Shown in pieces: positions 1 through 14,159 of a DNA stretch of 63,817 nucleotides. The notes beneath the pieces were generated by a model, which was not told the DNA's origin, did not search any database, and worked only from the letters and a program-made list of their open reading frames with translations. The position numbers and the translations under genes were made by a program. Every line of letters starts with the position of its first letter. The stretch's first letter is position 1. This DNA comes from Paraspadella gotoi (taxonomy: Eukaryota; Animalia; Chaetognatha): contig CM119264.1 of the NCBI GenBank assembly GCA_051294375.1, positions 13,226,996 through 13,290,812 on the forward strand. The letters run 5' to 3'.

Positions 1-216
1 TTTTTTCTCCGCTCTATTGTCACATGCAATTTTTTTTTCATTCCAATAACCACGATGAAAAACACTTTTTTATAAAGTTATAAATATTTGAGCAGTAGAG
101 AATATGGAAAATATTTATAAAGAGAAACGATATTTAGACGAGATGACATTTTCTTATTTTTAACGATTTATAAAAATTTTTTACAGAGTGATTGTTTTTG
201 AATTATATACTTTTTA

Positions 217-926
217 NNNNNNNNNNNNNNNNNNNNNNNNNNNNNNNNNNNNNNNNNNNNNNNNNNNNNNNNNNNNNNNNNNNNNNNNNNNNNNNNNNNN
301 NNNNNNNNNNNNNNNNNNNNNNNNNNNNNNNNNNNNNNNNNNNNNNNNNNNNNNNNNNNNNNNNNNNNNNNNNNNNNNNNNNNNNNNNNNNNNNNNNNNN
401 NNNNNNNNNNNNNNNNNNNNNNNNNNNNNNNNNNNNNNNNNNNNNNNNNNNNNNNNNNNNNNNNNNNNNNNNNNNNNNNNNNNNNNNNNNNNNNNNNNNN
501 NNNNNNNNNNNNNNNNNNNNNNNNNNNNNNNNNNNNNNNNNNNNNNNNNNNNNNNNNNNNNNNNNNNNNNNNNNNNNNNNNNNNNNNNNNNNNNNNNNNN
601 NNNNNNNNNNNNNNNNNNNNNNNNNNNNNNNNNNNNNNNNNNNNNNNNNNNNNNNNNNNNNNNNNNNNNNNNNNNNNNNNNNNNNNNNNNNNNNNNNNNN
701 NNNNNNNNNNNNNNNNNNNNNNNNNNNNNNNNNNNNNNNNNNNNNNNNNNNNNNNNNNNNNNNNNNNNNNNNNNNNNNNNNNNNNNNNNNNNNNNNNNNN
801 NNNNNNNNNNNNNNNNNNNNNNNNNNNNNNNNNNNNNNNNNNNNNNNNNNNNNNNNNNNNNNNNNNNNNNNNNNNNNNNNNNNNNNNNNNNNNNNNNNNN
901 NNNNNNNNNNNNNNNNNNNNNNNNNN
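217..926. other. assembly gap (others: 1145-1195, 1687-2493, 2804-2951, 4216-4337, 14771-14894, 15578-15587, 21870-22079, 22938-23081, 27781-27880, and 25-N gaps at 26638, 43682, 49939, 63554)
   Basis: Runs of N. Confidence 1.
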
Positions 927-963
<37 letters not shown>

Positions 964-3434
964 CTCAGAGATTCCAATCACATATTCCAGTCACACTCGG
1001 TCGTGATTTTCGCCGAATTTTCTCGTGATTACGATCACGAGATAGAAACCCATAAATTCACATACATTCCGTCCGAGGAGAAAATTGGAGGAGTTCTTTC
1101 GAATAAATATGCTTATATAAGTATGTTTTTATCATATATAAGTANNNNNNNNNNNNNNNNNNNNNNNNNNNNNNNNNNNNNNNNNNNNNNNNNNNAATTT
1201 AAAAACACCGAAGCCGCGATTCCAGATATCACGTGACCGAGGAAGAGAACGAGAAGCGTTTCCATGACAACATCGCGAACGGAGACAAACAGGCGGAGGA
1301 GAACCAGCTGAGTTTTTAATCGCTTTCGTTGTCGTTGTTATCGACAGTTTTCGTCCCCGCTGTAAAAGTTGTCGTCGTTGTGTTTATATCCTTTCTTCAC
1401 AGTTCGCACGGAGGAAAGGGGGGAAAAAAAAAAGTCCGCCGCCATAAAATTCCCTTTCAACAAAATAAAATCAAGGGCGAAAGGAAGAAAAGAGAACAAA
1501 AGGAAAACAACGGAACTGGCGGGAAAAAAAAACGATGAAGGAATAAGGGAGAAAAAAAGGAAAAGGAAAAGGAGAGGGGGGGGAGAACAAAACGAGAAAA
1601 TAAGGGAAGAAATGGGTTTCGACGGTTTTGTCCTCGTTAAGAATGTAAATGGACGACGGTAAAGACAACGACGACGACGACGACGANNNNNNNNNNNNNN
1701 NNNNNNNNNNNNNNNNNNNNNNNNNNNNNNNNNNNNNNNNNNNNNNNNNNNNNNNNNNNNNNNNNNNNNNNNNNNNNNNNNNNNNNNNNNNNNNNNNNNN
1801 NNNNNNNNNNNNNNNNNNNNNNNNNNNNNNNNNNNNNNNNNNNNNNNNNNNNNNNNNNNNNNNNNNNNNNNNNNNNNNNNNNNNNNNNNNNNNNNNNNNN
1901 NNNNNNNNNNNNNNNNNNNNNNNNNNNNNNNNNNNNNNNNNNNNNNNNNNNNNNNNNNNNNNNNNNNNNNNNNNNNNNNNNNNNNNNNNNNNNNNNNNNN
2001 NNNNNNNNNNNNNNNNNNNNNNNNNNNNNNNNNNNNNNNNNNNNNNNNNNNNNNNNNNNNNNNNNNNNNNNNNNNNNNNNNNNNNNNNNNNNNNNNNNNN
2101 NNNNNNNNNNNNNNNNNNNNNNNNNNNNNNNNNNNNNNNNNNNNNNNNNNNNNNNNNNNNNNNNNNNNNNNNNNNNNNNNNNNNNNNNNNNNNNNNNNNN
2201 NNNNNNNNNNNNNNNNNNNNNNNNNNNNNNNNNNNNNNNNNNNNNNNNNNNNNNNNNNNNNNNNNNNNNNNNNNNNNNNNNNNNNNNNNNNNNNNNNNNN
2301 NNNNNNNNNNNNNNNNNNNNNNNNNNNNNNNNNNNNNNNNNNNNNNNNNNNNNNNNNNNNNNNNNNNNNNNNNNNNNNNNNNNNNNNNNNNNNNNNNNNN
2401 NNNNNNNNNNNNNNNNNNNNNNNNNNNNNNNNNNNNNNNNNNNNNNNNNNNNNNNNNNNNNNNNNNNNNNNNNNNNNNNNNNNNNNNNNNNNNATTTATA
2501 TTTATATTTATATTTATATTTTTAGAGGATTGAAGTTTTTTTGTCGCTTTTTCTTGATATATGTGTGCTTACAGATTATTCTTTGGCTTTATTTTTATTT
2601 TTTTGCTTTCTTTTACTTTATATATTTCTTGACTTAATAATTTTCTACTTTCATCTGGCATACATCTCTTTTAGTTTCAAAACTTCTTTCCATAAATTTA
2701 TATTTTGTTCTAAATTTACACGATCGTGTATCATTTTTTGACCTTTTACTTTTCTTTGTTCCCTAGTACTTTTTTCAAAATCTAGAGCGACTTTGCCAAT
2801 TCANNNNNNNNNNNNNNNNNNNNNNNNNNNNNNNNNNNNNNNNNNNNNNNNNNNNNNNNNNNNNNNNNNNNNNNNNNNNNNNNNNNNNNNNNNNNNNNNN
2901 NNNNNNNNNNNNNNNNNNNNNNNNNNNNNNNNNNNNNNNNNNNNNNNNNNNGAGAGTCTTGGATTGGATTGGCGACTGTCGAGCGGCCTTGAGGGATTTC
3001 GTGAGGGAAAGAAAAAAGTTATAAAAGTCAATCACATCCAATTTTGTTGCGGTGAAGTCTTGAACCGCGGTTGTGCCGAGAGAAAAGGAGTACCACGGAA
3101 TTTGTCGTTGTTGTTGTTTTTCTCTTACAATGTTTAGTTTAAAAATATCGAGACTCAGTCGTCGAATAAATTCGAATTTCCGGCATCAGTCAAAAACCTG
3201 GAACCGAAAACGACGTCATCGAACTCCGATGCCAATGACGTCATAGCAGATGTCGCCGATGACGACATCGAAGGCGACAAATGGTCTTTTGTCATCAGCC
3301 GGTGTGAGGTGTGAGAACAATAACAGAAACATAATCGACGGGAAAGACTTGGATGATGACCTGAAGGAAGAACGAGCAGATAAAAATATCTTGAGGCGAA
3401 TCCTAAATTCGCCTCCCGTACCTTGTAGAAATTC

Positions 3435-3511
3435 AGCTCGTCCAATTGGCTTGGACAGCTAAATACTCGTTCACCAACCGTGAGTTCCGGTTTCAATCCT
3501 CTCACGGTTGG
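3435..3511 (+). other. double hairpin with B-box/T-loop-like motif (possible tRNA-derived SINE head)
   Basis: A GTCCAA/TTGGAC stem, then a perfect 11-bp stem CCAACCGTGAG/CTCACGGTTGG enclosing GGTTTCAATCC. Confidence 0.3.
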
Positions 3512-3714
3512 GAGATGCCTCTCACCCCGGGCATCGAACTTGTCCTCCCGCTGCCAGAAGCTATAAATTTTTCCCCCTTTAGAACGTCTTGCAGATTGAA
3601 GGCGTCTTCATTCAAGTCATTCAAGCCAATTAAAAAATGACTTATTTCCAAAATTATCAATGATTAAAAAGAAACGAATAGATGTTTATTAAGTACACCT
3701 TACAGAGGACAGAC

Positions 3715-3854
3715 TTACTTCGGCGGGCTCAATTCTACGGGGGCAGTCTTAGGTGTGCGCAATTCTACGTGGGCGGAATCCGATGTGGGCGCAATCTTAC
3801 GTGGGCGCAATTTTATGGGCCCAATACGACGTGGGCACAATCCTGCGACCACCC
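3715..3854. repeat. degenerate ~15-16 bp tandem array (GTGGGCGCAATTCTAC-like)
   Basis: About 8 units containing GGGC(G)CAAT are directly visible. Confidence 0.8.
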
Positions 3855-4337
3855 TCGAATAATACAAAATTATATTATTCTCCTGACGCTTGACCTATTT
3901 TCTGAGGAATTTAAGAATATATTTAAAAAGGGGAAAAAACAACAAAGAAAAAATCAAATAATGGGGAATCCAAAAAGATGTAAATAAGTTTAAATGACGC
4001 TGGAGTCGTGAGACCTCAAATTCTAATAAGTCAACGACCTGCAGTTTCTCTTTCCCGCCCGAACTAATGAAGGACGACAACAACAACGACAACTCACGCG
4101 CCAGATGCTTTTATTTCGCTTTTATTTGTTTTTTCTTGATTGAGGGGTGGATATCAGGACAGGCGCCATCTCAATTGTCGTATCGGGAAAGGAAAGAGAG
4201 AGAGGGAAAAAAGAGNNNNNNNNNNNNNNNNNNNNNNNNNNNNNNNNNNNNNNNNNNNNNNNNNNNNNNNNNNNNNNNNNNNNNNNNNNNNNNNNNNNNN
4301 NNNNNNNNNNNNNNNNNNNNNNNNNNNNNNNNNNNNN

Positions 4338-4372
<35 letters not shown>

Positions 4373-5510
4373 ACGTAAAGAGAGAACGAGAGAGTCAGTT
4401 ACATATATGAAATTGGTACATATTTTTATATGAGATTAAGAATCCAGTAATAGTAAGAGTAATAAAAATATTTATGTTTGTGCAGTCAATTTCGTGGACA
4501 TTAAAATTCAGTACAGGGCAGACGGACTGAGGTACCTATGTTCTCAGACCCGAAGGGTACAGATTACAGAACAAACTTATTATCTAATTTTTATTCGAGA
4601 TCGAGTGTAAATCAGATTTACTCTCCGTCTCTTCAGTCACACTTTCGAACTTCACTCATAGTTTCGGACTCTTTCAAAAACATTCTCTCGTTGACGGTCG
4701 AAGCGGATTGACTTTGCAGGCGAAACTCATTCGTCCCATAGAGAATGACAAAATTGAATTTTCCAGCTAATTAGAGCCCCTGTTTTGTTTTTGTTTTTTG
4801 TTTTTTTTTTTGTTTTTTTTTTTGTTTTTTTTTCTTAATTTAGAATTTTTAATTTGATTTAAAAAATTTTGATTGCCTTCGAAAATAGATTCGCCTTGAT
4901 TCAATAACGAAAGAAGGAAAGAAAAAGGAGGATGGACTCGGGATTCCTTTTTTTTTTCTCCCTTTTTTTCCTTTTTTTCCTTTTCTCCACATTCCCGAGT
5001 TTCTTTTTTTTTCGTTCGTTCGTTCCTTCTTTTTTTTAACTTCCTTTATTTCTCTCCCCCCCTACCTCCCTTACAGTCTTCATTCACCCAAAAGACAAAT
5101 TTTCTCTTTTTTTTTTAATGTTTACTCCAAAAAACAATTAGTCATTCAAGAGAATTGAAAGTCTGCCACCAATGGAGAAGCGATCGGGGAAACCCAAGCT
5201 CCCCCACACCCCCGAAAAAATACGAAACAAAAGAGCGTGGGGAAAAAAAAATCAAACGGGGAAAGGCTGGAAAAAAGTACAGATGTAATTTGTAAAACAA
5301 AATTTGAAAAAGAACCCAAAGACTGACGGCAACAAAAGTTTAAAATAGCGTTTACAGTTGATACTATAAAACTGATTTCATCGAACCTTTCTTTTATAAT
5401 CGCTTATCACAATCGTCGGTGTTCTTAATTTTTTTAATTGTGTGCCGTCATCTTTCTATTTAATTATTTGGCGAATCAGTTGCGGCAGAGAGCAATAAAA
5501 TCTGGAAAAA

Positions 5511-5633
<123 letters not shown>

Positions 5634-6481
5634 AAAAAACTTAATCATGCTCAAAGTTTTTTCGCCAGTTCGTGATTTTTTTTTTCACTCTGATCGACGA
5701 AAAACTTGAAAATGTCAAATTTATGAAAAAGAAAATGAAAAGTCGCGCGGATGATGGGAGATTTTAAGGGAAGGGTCGGGGAAGAGTTGGGGAAAGTATG
5801 GGAAAGAGTTTGGGAAGGATTGGGGTAGAATAAGGGAAGGATTTGAGGAGAATCGGGGAAGATTTTGGGTAGGAATGGCAAAAAACTAGGGGAGAATTTT
5901 AGAAATAGCTAGGGAAGAGTTAAGAGAGAATTAGAGAAGAATTGGCATTGGATTTTAGTTAATTATAAGAGGATTGACTGAAGATACTCATTCAATATTT
6001 CGTTATGTTCGGAGAAAACAATGGCCGGTGGTGATCGTGGGAAGGACACCAATTTTCTTTTGTGAATTGGCCGTTCGGCCATTGTTCTTGTGACGCTTGT
6101 AAGAATTTTAGCCACGTTACGAACTTTAAATCTCCCTTCTACTTCTTCTTCACCTTCCTCTTTTTTCCTCGAACCTTTAAGACGAAGCGCGAGAAAGTTG
6201 AGACGCCAGAGAAACGATTTCGAATGACGAGCGACGCTTTTTCGTTTCTGACAGATGAGATCAAAAATCCGCGAGAAAAATATTTAAAAAAAAAAAGAAA
6301 AAGAGAAAAAAATGATAAGGAGGATGAACGGCCCTGCTGCACCGGGGGAAAAAGGAGAGGAAGATTTAACGAGGAAAAGGAGGAGGAGGAGGAGGAGGAG
6401 GAGGATGAGGAGTAGGAGGAAGCTGCGGGAAGATGAAGAAGAGGTGGAGGATGAGAGAGTCGCGCGAAAAACTCCAGTTTG

Positions 6482-6577
<96 letters not shown>

Positions 6578-8723
6578 CTCGCTCTCAATTTTTTCCTTCC
6601 TCCTTCTTTCCTTCCGCCAAATCTCTTTTCCTTCCTCCATTTTTCTCTCGTTCCTCCTATCGCCCTTCTCTCTCCTTTTTTTTTTTCTCCCCCTTTTTTT
6701 TCGGGAGAAAACGATTTCAGCGAATCGGATCCATTAAACGACACAAAAGCCGAAGGAAAAAAAAAAGAAGAAAATCTCTGTCGCCGATTTTATTCTTGAG
6801 ATTCGGTTTTGACTTCGTTTTATATCCGACTTTTTTTTAATCCTTATTATAAGGACAAGTACTAAAAAGTATATAACTTATACTTGTCGTCACCGACGTT
6901 TTAGTCTTCGTTCGAATTTTTTTCGGCTCGTCGTTCTTCGACGGATTTTTCTTTTTCATCCACGTATCGATATCGTCTTCATCGTCGTCGTCGTCGTCGT
7001 CGTCATCGTCGCTAACGCCCGTAAACCGGGATTGCCTCCAACTTCCCTTCCGTTTTGCATTTTCTTGCTCGCAACCGCAGAAAAGACTGGGAAATTTTAT
7101 GGCCGGGTTGAGCCAGGGGTCATCCGTCCAGGGAGTGATTTTAACGGGGAATGTGAATGCGGAAAAATCCTCTCGCCCCCGAGCCCGGTCAGCGGATGAT
7201 TAATGTGAGGGTTTTACGCGAGGTGTTTTGTTTCTGGGGCGAGGGGGGGAACTCTTATTCTCATAGTACACGTATTAGTGGTTGGCGCGAGAATACCCGT
7301 GAATGTATTACGGAATGGTGCTCTTGGTGAATTAAAAAAGGAACGAATTAAAGAAGTAAAAGAGAGATTCAGGTTGCAAACTCGGTTGCGATGTCGGTCG
7401 TCCGATCGACACGCGAAGGCAAATTGATTACGCAAATGTTTTCTTTTGCTTTTTAAAGTGCAGGGCGATCCAAGCAAAGCGCTAGCAGGTGGAGCGATGC
7501 AGTTGGTGCGGGTTAAACTGGAGCAATGCAGGTGAAGCCAAGCAGGCGGAGCGGAAAAAACGATTATGCGCGGAATCACGAGGGACCCGTTAAAATGAAG
7601 TCGAGGGATCTTTTTGGGGGGAAGCAGGGAGGCAGGGATTGCAGGGAGGTTAAGGCAGTGAGGCAGGGAAGGAAAGAGGCAAGGCGGCGGGGGAAATTGA
7701 GGAAGTAAAGGTGGCGGGCGAGGGAGAAAAAAAAATCGCGGTTACATTTTCATTCATATGCAGATGAAGGAATTTCGACGAGAGACCAATGGCGACGTGA
7801 CTTGTCCCGTTGACTCGTCGCCGAAAAGTTTAACGTTCTAATCCTGAGTTAACTTTTTCTACGGGATCGGAATAGACTTCCTGGTCAGATCGAGGGTTAT
7901 AAAAATGGAGCATGGGCGCTGTTATTGTCGTTGTTGTCGTCGGTGCACGAACGCGAAGCGAAGTTTGGTGTTTCGGCTGCAGGAAACCTTTAAAAAGGTC
8001 GAATCTCAGTTTTAATCTTCGAGAATTCGTTTTAGTAACTTAGGTTAGTGATGTCGTCGTCGTTTTCGTCGTCTTCTTCCTCTTCGTCTTCTTCGTCGTT
8101 TTTATTTCATTTTAGCGGGAAATAGTTCGTTTTTTTTTAGTTTTACCCTCTTTTCTATCATTCTTCTTCCTATCTAACAAGAATTCCTTTCTTTCACTTC
8201 TCTTTAAGCGACCTCTGTTTTCCTCTTGTATACCTAATTTTCCTTTCCTCCCTTTTTTTTTCACTTCCGCCCGCACTAAGTCCCACAGGTTTTTTTTTTA
8301 AACTAGCTAATTTTTTTTTTCCGTGAGAATTTTTCTTTTTCTTTTTCCATTTTTCTTTATTAATTTTTTTCTCGCTCTCAACTTTCTTCGCTTAATTTAA
8401 TCAGAAGACGCAGAGCCACTCTTTCAGGGATTTATTCATATTTCTCCGAAGGTGTGCACTCGTGAAGCGGCTTTTATCTTTCTTCCTTTCTTTCCTCATT
8501 TTCCTTTATGTCTTTCTTAAATTAATTCTTTGGTGATTTTATCGCTTCCGCCAGACTTGTTTGTTTGGATCTATGTTTGTTTTTTTTTGTTATATTTTTT
8601 TCTCTCGCTTTCGCTCACTCTCTCTCTCTCTCTTTCTTCTTTTTCGCTCGGCTTCTCACCCTCTCTCTCTCCCTCTCTCTCTCTCCTCTCTCTCTCTCCC
8701 TCCTCTCTCTCTCTTTCTCTCTT

Positions 8724-8755
<32 letters not shown>

Positions 8756-9314
8756 TTCTTCGCTCTCTCTCTCTCTCTCTTATCTATCTCTCTCTCTTTC
8801 TCTCTATCTCTCTTTCTCTCTCTCTCTCCCTCTGTCTAGCATTCTCTCTCTTCCCCCCTCTCTCTCTCTCTCTCTTTTTACTTCCACTCTCCTCTCTCTC
8901 CTCCCGTCGCATGCTTCATTTTGCAAGAGCATTTTTTCCCCTTTTTTTCATTGTTCGTTTTTTCTTCAATTGAAAATAAAGAAAAAACAATACGCGACAT
9001 TTTTCCCGCGAAAAAAATGCAACCAAACTGCTAAATGATCTTTTAAAGGGTAAGTAAAACTCGCTAATGCTTTTCTCACTCAAATACACGATGAATGTAA
9101 TTATAACTTTGCTCAGTGTGCACGGTGTATATAGTTAAAGCAAAGTTAGAGCCTGAAAAATAAAATTCTTAGTTCTCGGTAAACGAGTTTTCCAGCCGAG
9201 TCACCAGTGAGCCTTGGAGACAAACCCTTTTTTTTCTCTTTACCAGTTTCAAGACGGTCTCTCTATTTCTCTCAATCTATCTCTCTTTCTCTCTCTCTTT
9301 CTCTCTGACTCTCA

Positions 9315-9382
<68 letters not shown>

Positions 9383-11595
9383 TGAGGCAAAAGGGAAAAA
9401 AAGGAGCGTCAAATCTAACATATAATCATGTAACATCTTCATATGTCACAGTCTTCGTCGTTTCTACTTTTAATATATCTCTGTCTCTCTCTCTCTCTTT
9501 GTTTTTATTCCTATTTAAACATTCAAGTATGTATACTAGATTTTCTTGACTAACTCGACGAAAACCAAGCGTTTGCCCTTTCATTCAAGTTCACTTTTAC
9601 TGCTCGAAACTTGTTTGTATCTTTACGAGTTTGTTTGTAGTTTTTACGATCAACGACGAAAGAAGTTTTGAGAAACTTTGGAAGGGAATCCGCTTTGAGT
9701 CCGACTTAATCCTAGAATTATATGGGGATTGGAATGAGAAAAGAGGAGAGGGTAGACGAGCGGGGAGAGGAGAAGAGAAAAGATAAACAGTGAAGAGAAG
9801 AAAAGAGGAAAGAAAAGTAAGAAAGAGAAACAGAGGGATTAAGATAGAAAAGAGAAAGAGAAAAGTTGAAAAAGAATAAGAAATAGAAACAGAGAAAAAG
9901 TGATGAAGATAAAAAAAGGGGGGAAAAAAGAGAGAAGTGCAAAAGAACACGAACGAAAAATAGAGAATAGAGGACAAGAGAAGAGAAGAGAAGAAAAAAC
10001 AAAAGGGAATAAATGCTCGGAATGAGGGAATCAAAGGCGCTTACATCATTAGAAAAGTCTGGAGTTGGAGTCAAGAAAAAAAAAGGCCGATGAATCTTGG
10101 GGGATTTTTCTTTCTTTCTCTCTCTCTCTCGGTCTCTCCTTCTCCCTCTTCCTCTCTCTCTCAGTTCTCTCTCTCTCTCTGTTCTTTATCTCTGTCACTT
10201 TCGATCTGGTTGTTTTTTATATAAAAAAAAACACTTTAACAGCGAAACAAATAATGAGCGACGACGAAACTCAAGCTTTAATTTTATTTATTTTCTTTTT
10301 ATTTTCCGCGTAAAAACCGACGAACCGCTACGTGCGGGGTTGAAATAGGTGGCGTGGTGGTCGGGGTGGTGGTAGGGGTGGTGGTCGGGGAGGTGGTCGG
10401 GGTTGTGGAATGAATGGGGAGTGGGTGGTAGACAGTAGAGGCGGGGATGAACGAGAACGAGACAGTGGTGGCGGGTATTTCATCTGGCTGTTTAGCATAA
10501 ATACGACCAAATACGTTGAATATAATTATTTTTTTATGCATTTTCCCTTATCTTATTCGTTTAAACTATAAACAGAAATTAGTTGAAAGGAAGAATAATG
10601 GGAAATTATGAGGGTAAAGAAAGAATCGCCGGGAAGCTGAGAACTAAATTGCTGGGTATATGGTATGGTTTTAAGAGGGAAAAAAAGAAAAAAGAAAAAA
10701 GAGTATATTATATACTAATGAAAATTTGCAATTACTTGTTTCACTATTTTCTATTTCTAATTAATATTTTAAATGTTTTATGAAGATTTAGTATTTAATT
10801 ATATTATCTTAATAATACAATATTGCTTTCTTTTTAAAAAACTGTTTTATTTTATATAATAATTCAATTTGGGAAGGGGAAGAGTCAGTTGTGTGTCTTC
10901 TTTGGAAATAGAGGAGCATTATACAACAGGTATTTTACTATCTGTCCTATGTTTTCTAATAGATATGCACACATCATTTCCTGTTAGATTAAGTCATATA
11001 ATGAAATCATAAATAGCTTAAGAGGGCTGCAGAAAGGGGGAATGGTAATTTTGAGGGGGGGACACGTTATATATATTTTTTTTACCCAATAGGAAAGACC
11101 TACCATGTAATTTTGATGGGATAACTAGGGAGGTCTATGGGACTTATCATGAATATAATTTAAAATAATTTAATGAAAATTTATTTTTGTTTTGTCTAAT
11201 TTTTTAATTATTTTTTTTTCTTTGAATATTATTTTATCATTTATTTTTACAATGGGAAGTCATCAGTTTGGGGAACTATACCTCATTGGATTTCGGCTCT
11301 TTAATCCCAATATCACAGGTATAGGCGAGCCCATCAACAATGGTGGAATCTCGTTGTTGCTTATCTTAATTTTAAAGTATATTTTGAATGTTTACTTAAA
11401 CAGACCAAAACCCTGGCATCAACAGCATTATTAATTTTAGAGAAATTTATTAAGGTTTTGTAATAATTTGTAAATATAAATAATTTAAATAAGTTAAATA
11501 ATTAGTTAAATAATAATTGATAATTAATGGTATGTTATGTAAAGTTAACATAAAGTTAATTAAGTAAAAAATTAAAAAAAGAAAAGTAATAAAGA

Positions 11596-11674
<79 letters not shown>

Positions 11675-11793
11675 AGAGTAGAGAGATAACGAAACGATAT
11701 AAGAAAAAGTGAATCGATTTTTCCTAATTTTACGATAAAAATTTAGTGAAGAAGCGAAACGGTGTGAAACTGTGACTACCAGGTAGAACATAG

Positions 11794-11846
<53 letters not shown>

Positions 11847-12202
11847 GAGAGAGAGTAGAAGAGAGAGAGAGTGAGTCGAAGAGAGGTGGGACTATTTTAC
11901 GATTTCTCTGGGCGACGGTTGAAGCCATTCGTCTTCTTGCGCCTCTTCTTCTGCCAAGGGTTTTTTAACTCCTTCTTCTTCTTACTCGCTTCCTTCTTTC
12001 TTTATCTTTCAATCTCGCTTTCTCGCGCTTTTTCTTTCTTTCTTTCGCGCTCTTCTTTTTCTCGCTCGTCTGCTTTCTTTCTTTTTTCGCTCTTTTTTTT
12101 TTTAAAACCTTTTTTTAGTTCTTCCCTAACATTGTTCGTTTTTTTTTGTTTTTCTAAACATTTTTTCAGAGCTTTTGGAGAGTCTTCCCTTTCTCTCTCT
12201 CA

Positions 12203-12302
<100 letters not shown>

Positions 12303-12700
12303 ATGTTGCCAGTAGAAGGCGTCTGTCGTTAAAGTCGCCCGTTCGTCGATTTGGAAACAAAACAAAACTTAAAACAAAAATACCACAAAAAAGTTACTTA
12401 CCAACAAAGAGAATAGGGAATGAACAAGCATCAATTAAAGCTAAAAGTTATCAGTTAAATTCTTCTATGAAAACAATAATTATGACTACAAATTCCGACA
12501 TACATAAATAACATATACTTAAGCCGAAATAACAAGCGTCAGCAAAAATTTTTCACCCACTGACAAAGCGTGGAAAAGGAGAAATAATTAGGGGGCCAAT
12601 GATTTTTTCTATATCTGTGGAAACAAAGTTTAAATCATTTTAAAAACGAAAAACATTAGAGTTGACATCGCGATCAAAGAAAGTTTTGAGAGAATAACAG

Positions 12701-12784
<84 letters not shown>

Positions 12785-13748
12785 TAGCAATGGCGAAGAA
12801 TCTTTTTTTTTTAATTATGATTTTTTATATTGTTCTTTTTTCTCCCTTTGTCATCCTTTCTTGAGTTTTTTTCCCTCAAGGCAAGCGACTCCCCACGACC
12901 GTCACGTTTGAGAAGGGAAAGACTGGTGGAAGATTTTTGGCCGACAAGCCGACAGCTGAGATCGAAAGAGTCGGAAGACGCGATGAAAAAAGAAACAAAG
13001 GATCTACGATGAAAGTTTTTCAAATTCAACGAAAGTCGATGCGAAACAAACAAACTTAATCGGCGTCCGAAATATTTTCTCGGTCAACCATACCATTACT
13101 ATTAGCATTACTATAGGCATTACTATACTATTACCATTACTATAGGCATTAGCCAAGGACCTCTCTTACCCTACAAAAACACCATTACGCTATAAATTAT
13201 AAAATCTTACACTGAAAGAAAATTGGTTAAAGAAGACAAACGAGATGAATTTCAGAAATTTAAAAAAATAAAATTCCGAGCGACATAAAGTCTAGTCTGC
13301 AATTTTTTTTTCTTTCGTTGTTAAATTGATTTAGCGATAAAATGAAGTTTTGATTAGATCTCTTCATTAGGATGATTTATTAACGTCGTTAAATAAAAAA
13401 TCTTTGAATAAGAATTTTCATTTTTGAAAAGATATCGAGTCGCTAAATTTTAATATCTCACGATATCCAGTTGAAAAAAAAAGAGAAAAAAAAACCTAAA
13501 AAAAATAAAATTATACGACATTTTTTTTCTCATTTTTGAAGAAATCTAATTTGTTTCCAGCGAGAAATTCCATCCCATTTCTTTCCTCCCTTTCCTCATT
13601 TAACATAATCTTGTTTATTATTTCGGCACCAGCTGCCGTCCTTTAACGGGAAAATTTTTTCTATTGTATTATTAATTTTTTTTTGGGGGGGGGCGTAAAT
13701 TATGCATGACAACAGATGGCGGGCGTTGACTCAGGCAGTTTTTCTTCG

Positions 13749-13787
<39 letters not shown>

Positions 13788-14159
13788 ATCCTCATAGTCT
13801 CTCTCTCTCTCTCTCTTCCTCTCTCTCTCTCCTCTCTTTTTTTATTTCCCTCCCTCGTAGTAAAACTCATTCATTCGGATAATTGCAAAGGTGAGATTCT
13901 CTTGATTCTCTTTCTCCTTCTTTTCTTCTCCTTCTCCTCCTCATTCTCTCGCATCTTCATCTTTTCCATTCTTCCTGTCAAATTCACAATACCCCAGCTT
14001 GAGATCATTTCCCTTTTTAATAACTATATCGATTTTTCACTTTGCCCTTCTTCCAAATAACCCCCCCCAAAAAAAAAAACTCTTCTACGATTTCATTCTC
14101 AGTCTGTCTGTCAGTCTTCACAACACCGGTCCTCTAAAACCCAACTCCGACCCTTTTCT

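Noticed and set aside
168-2533. Long ORFs of 255-294 aa in the track
   Set aside because: They consist almost entirely of X from N-gaps.
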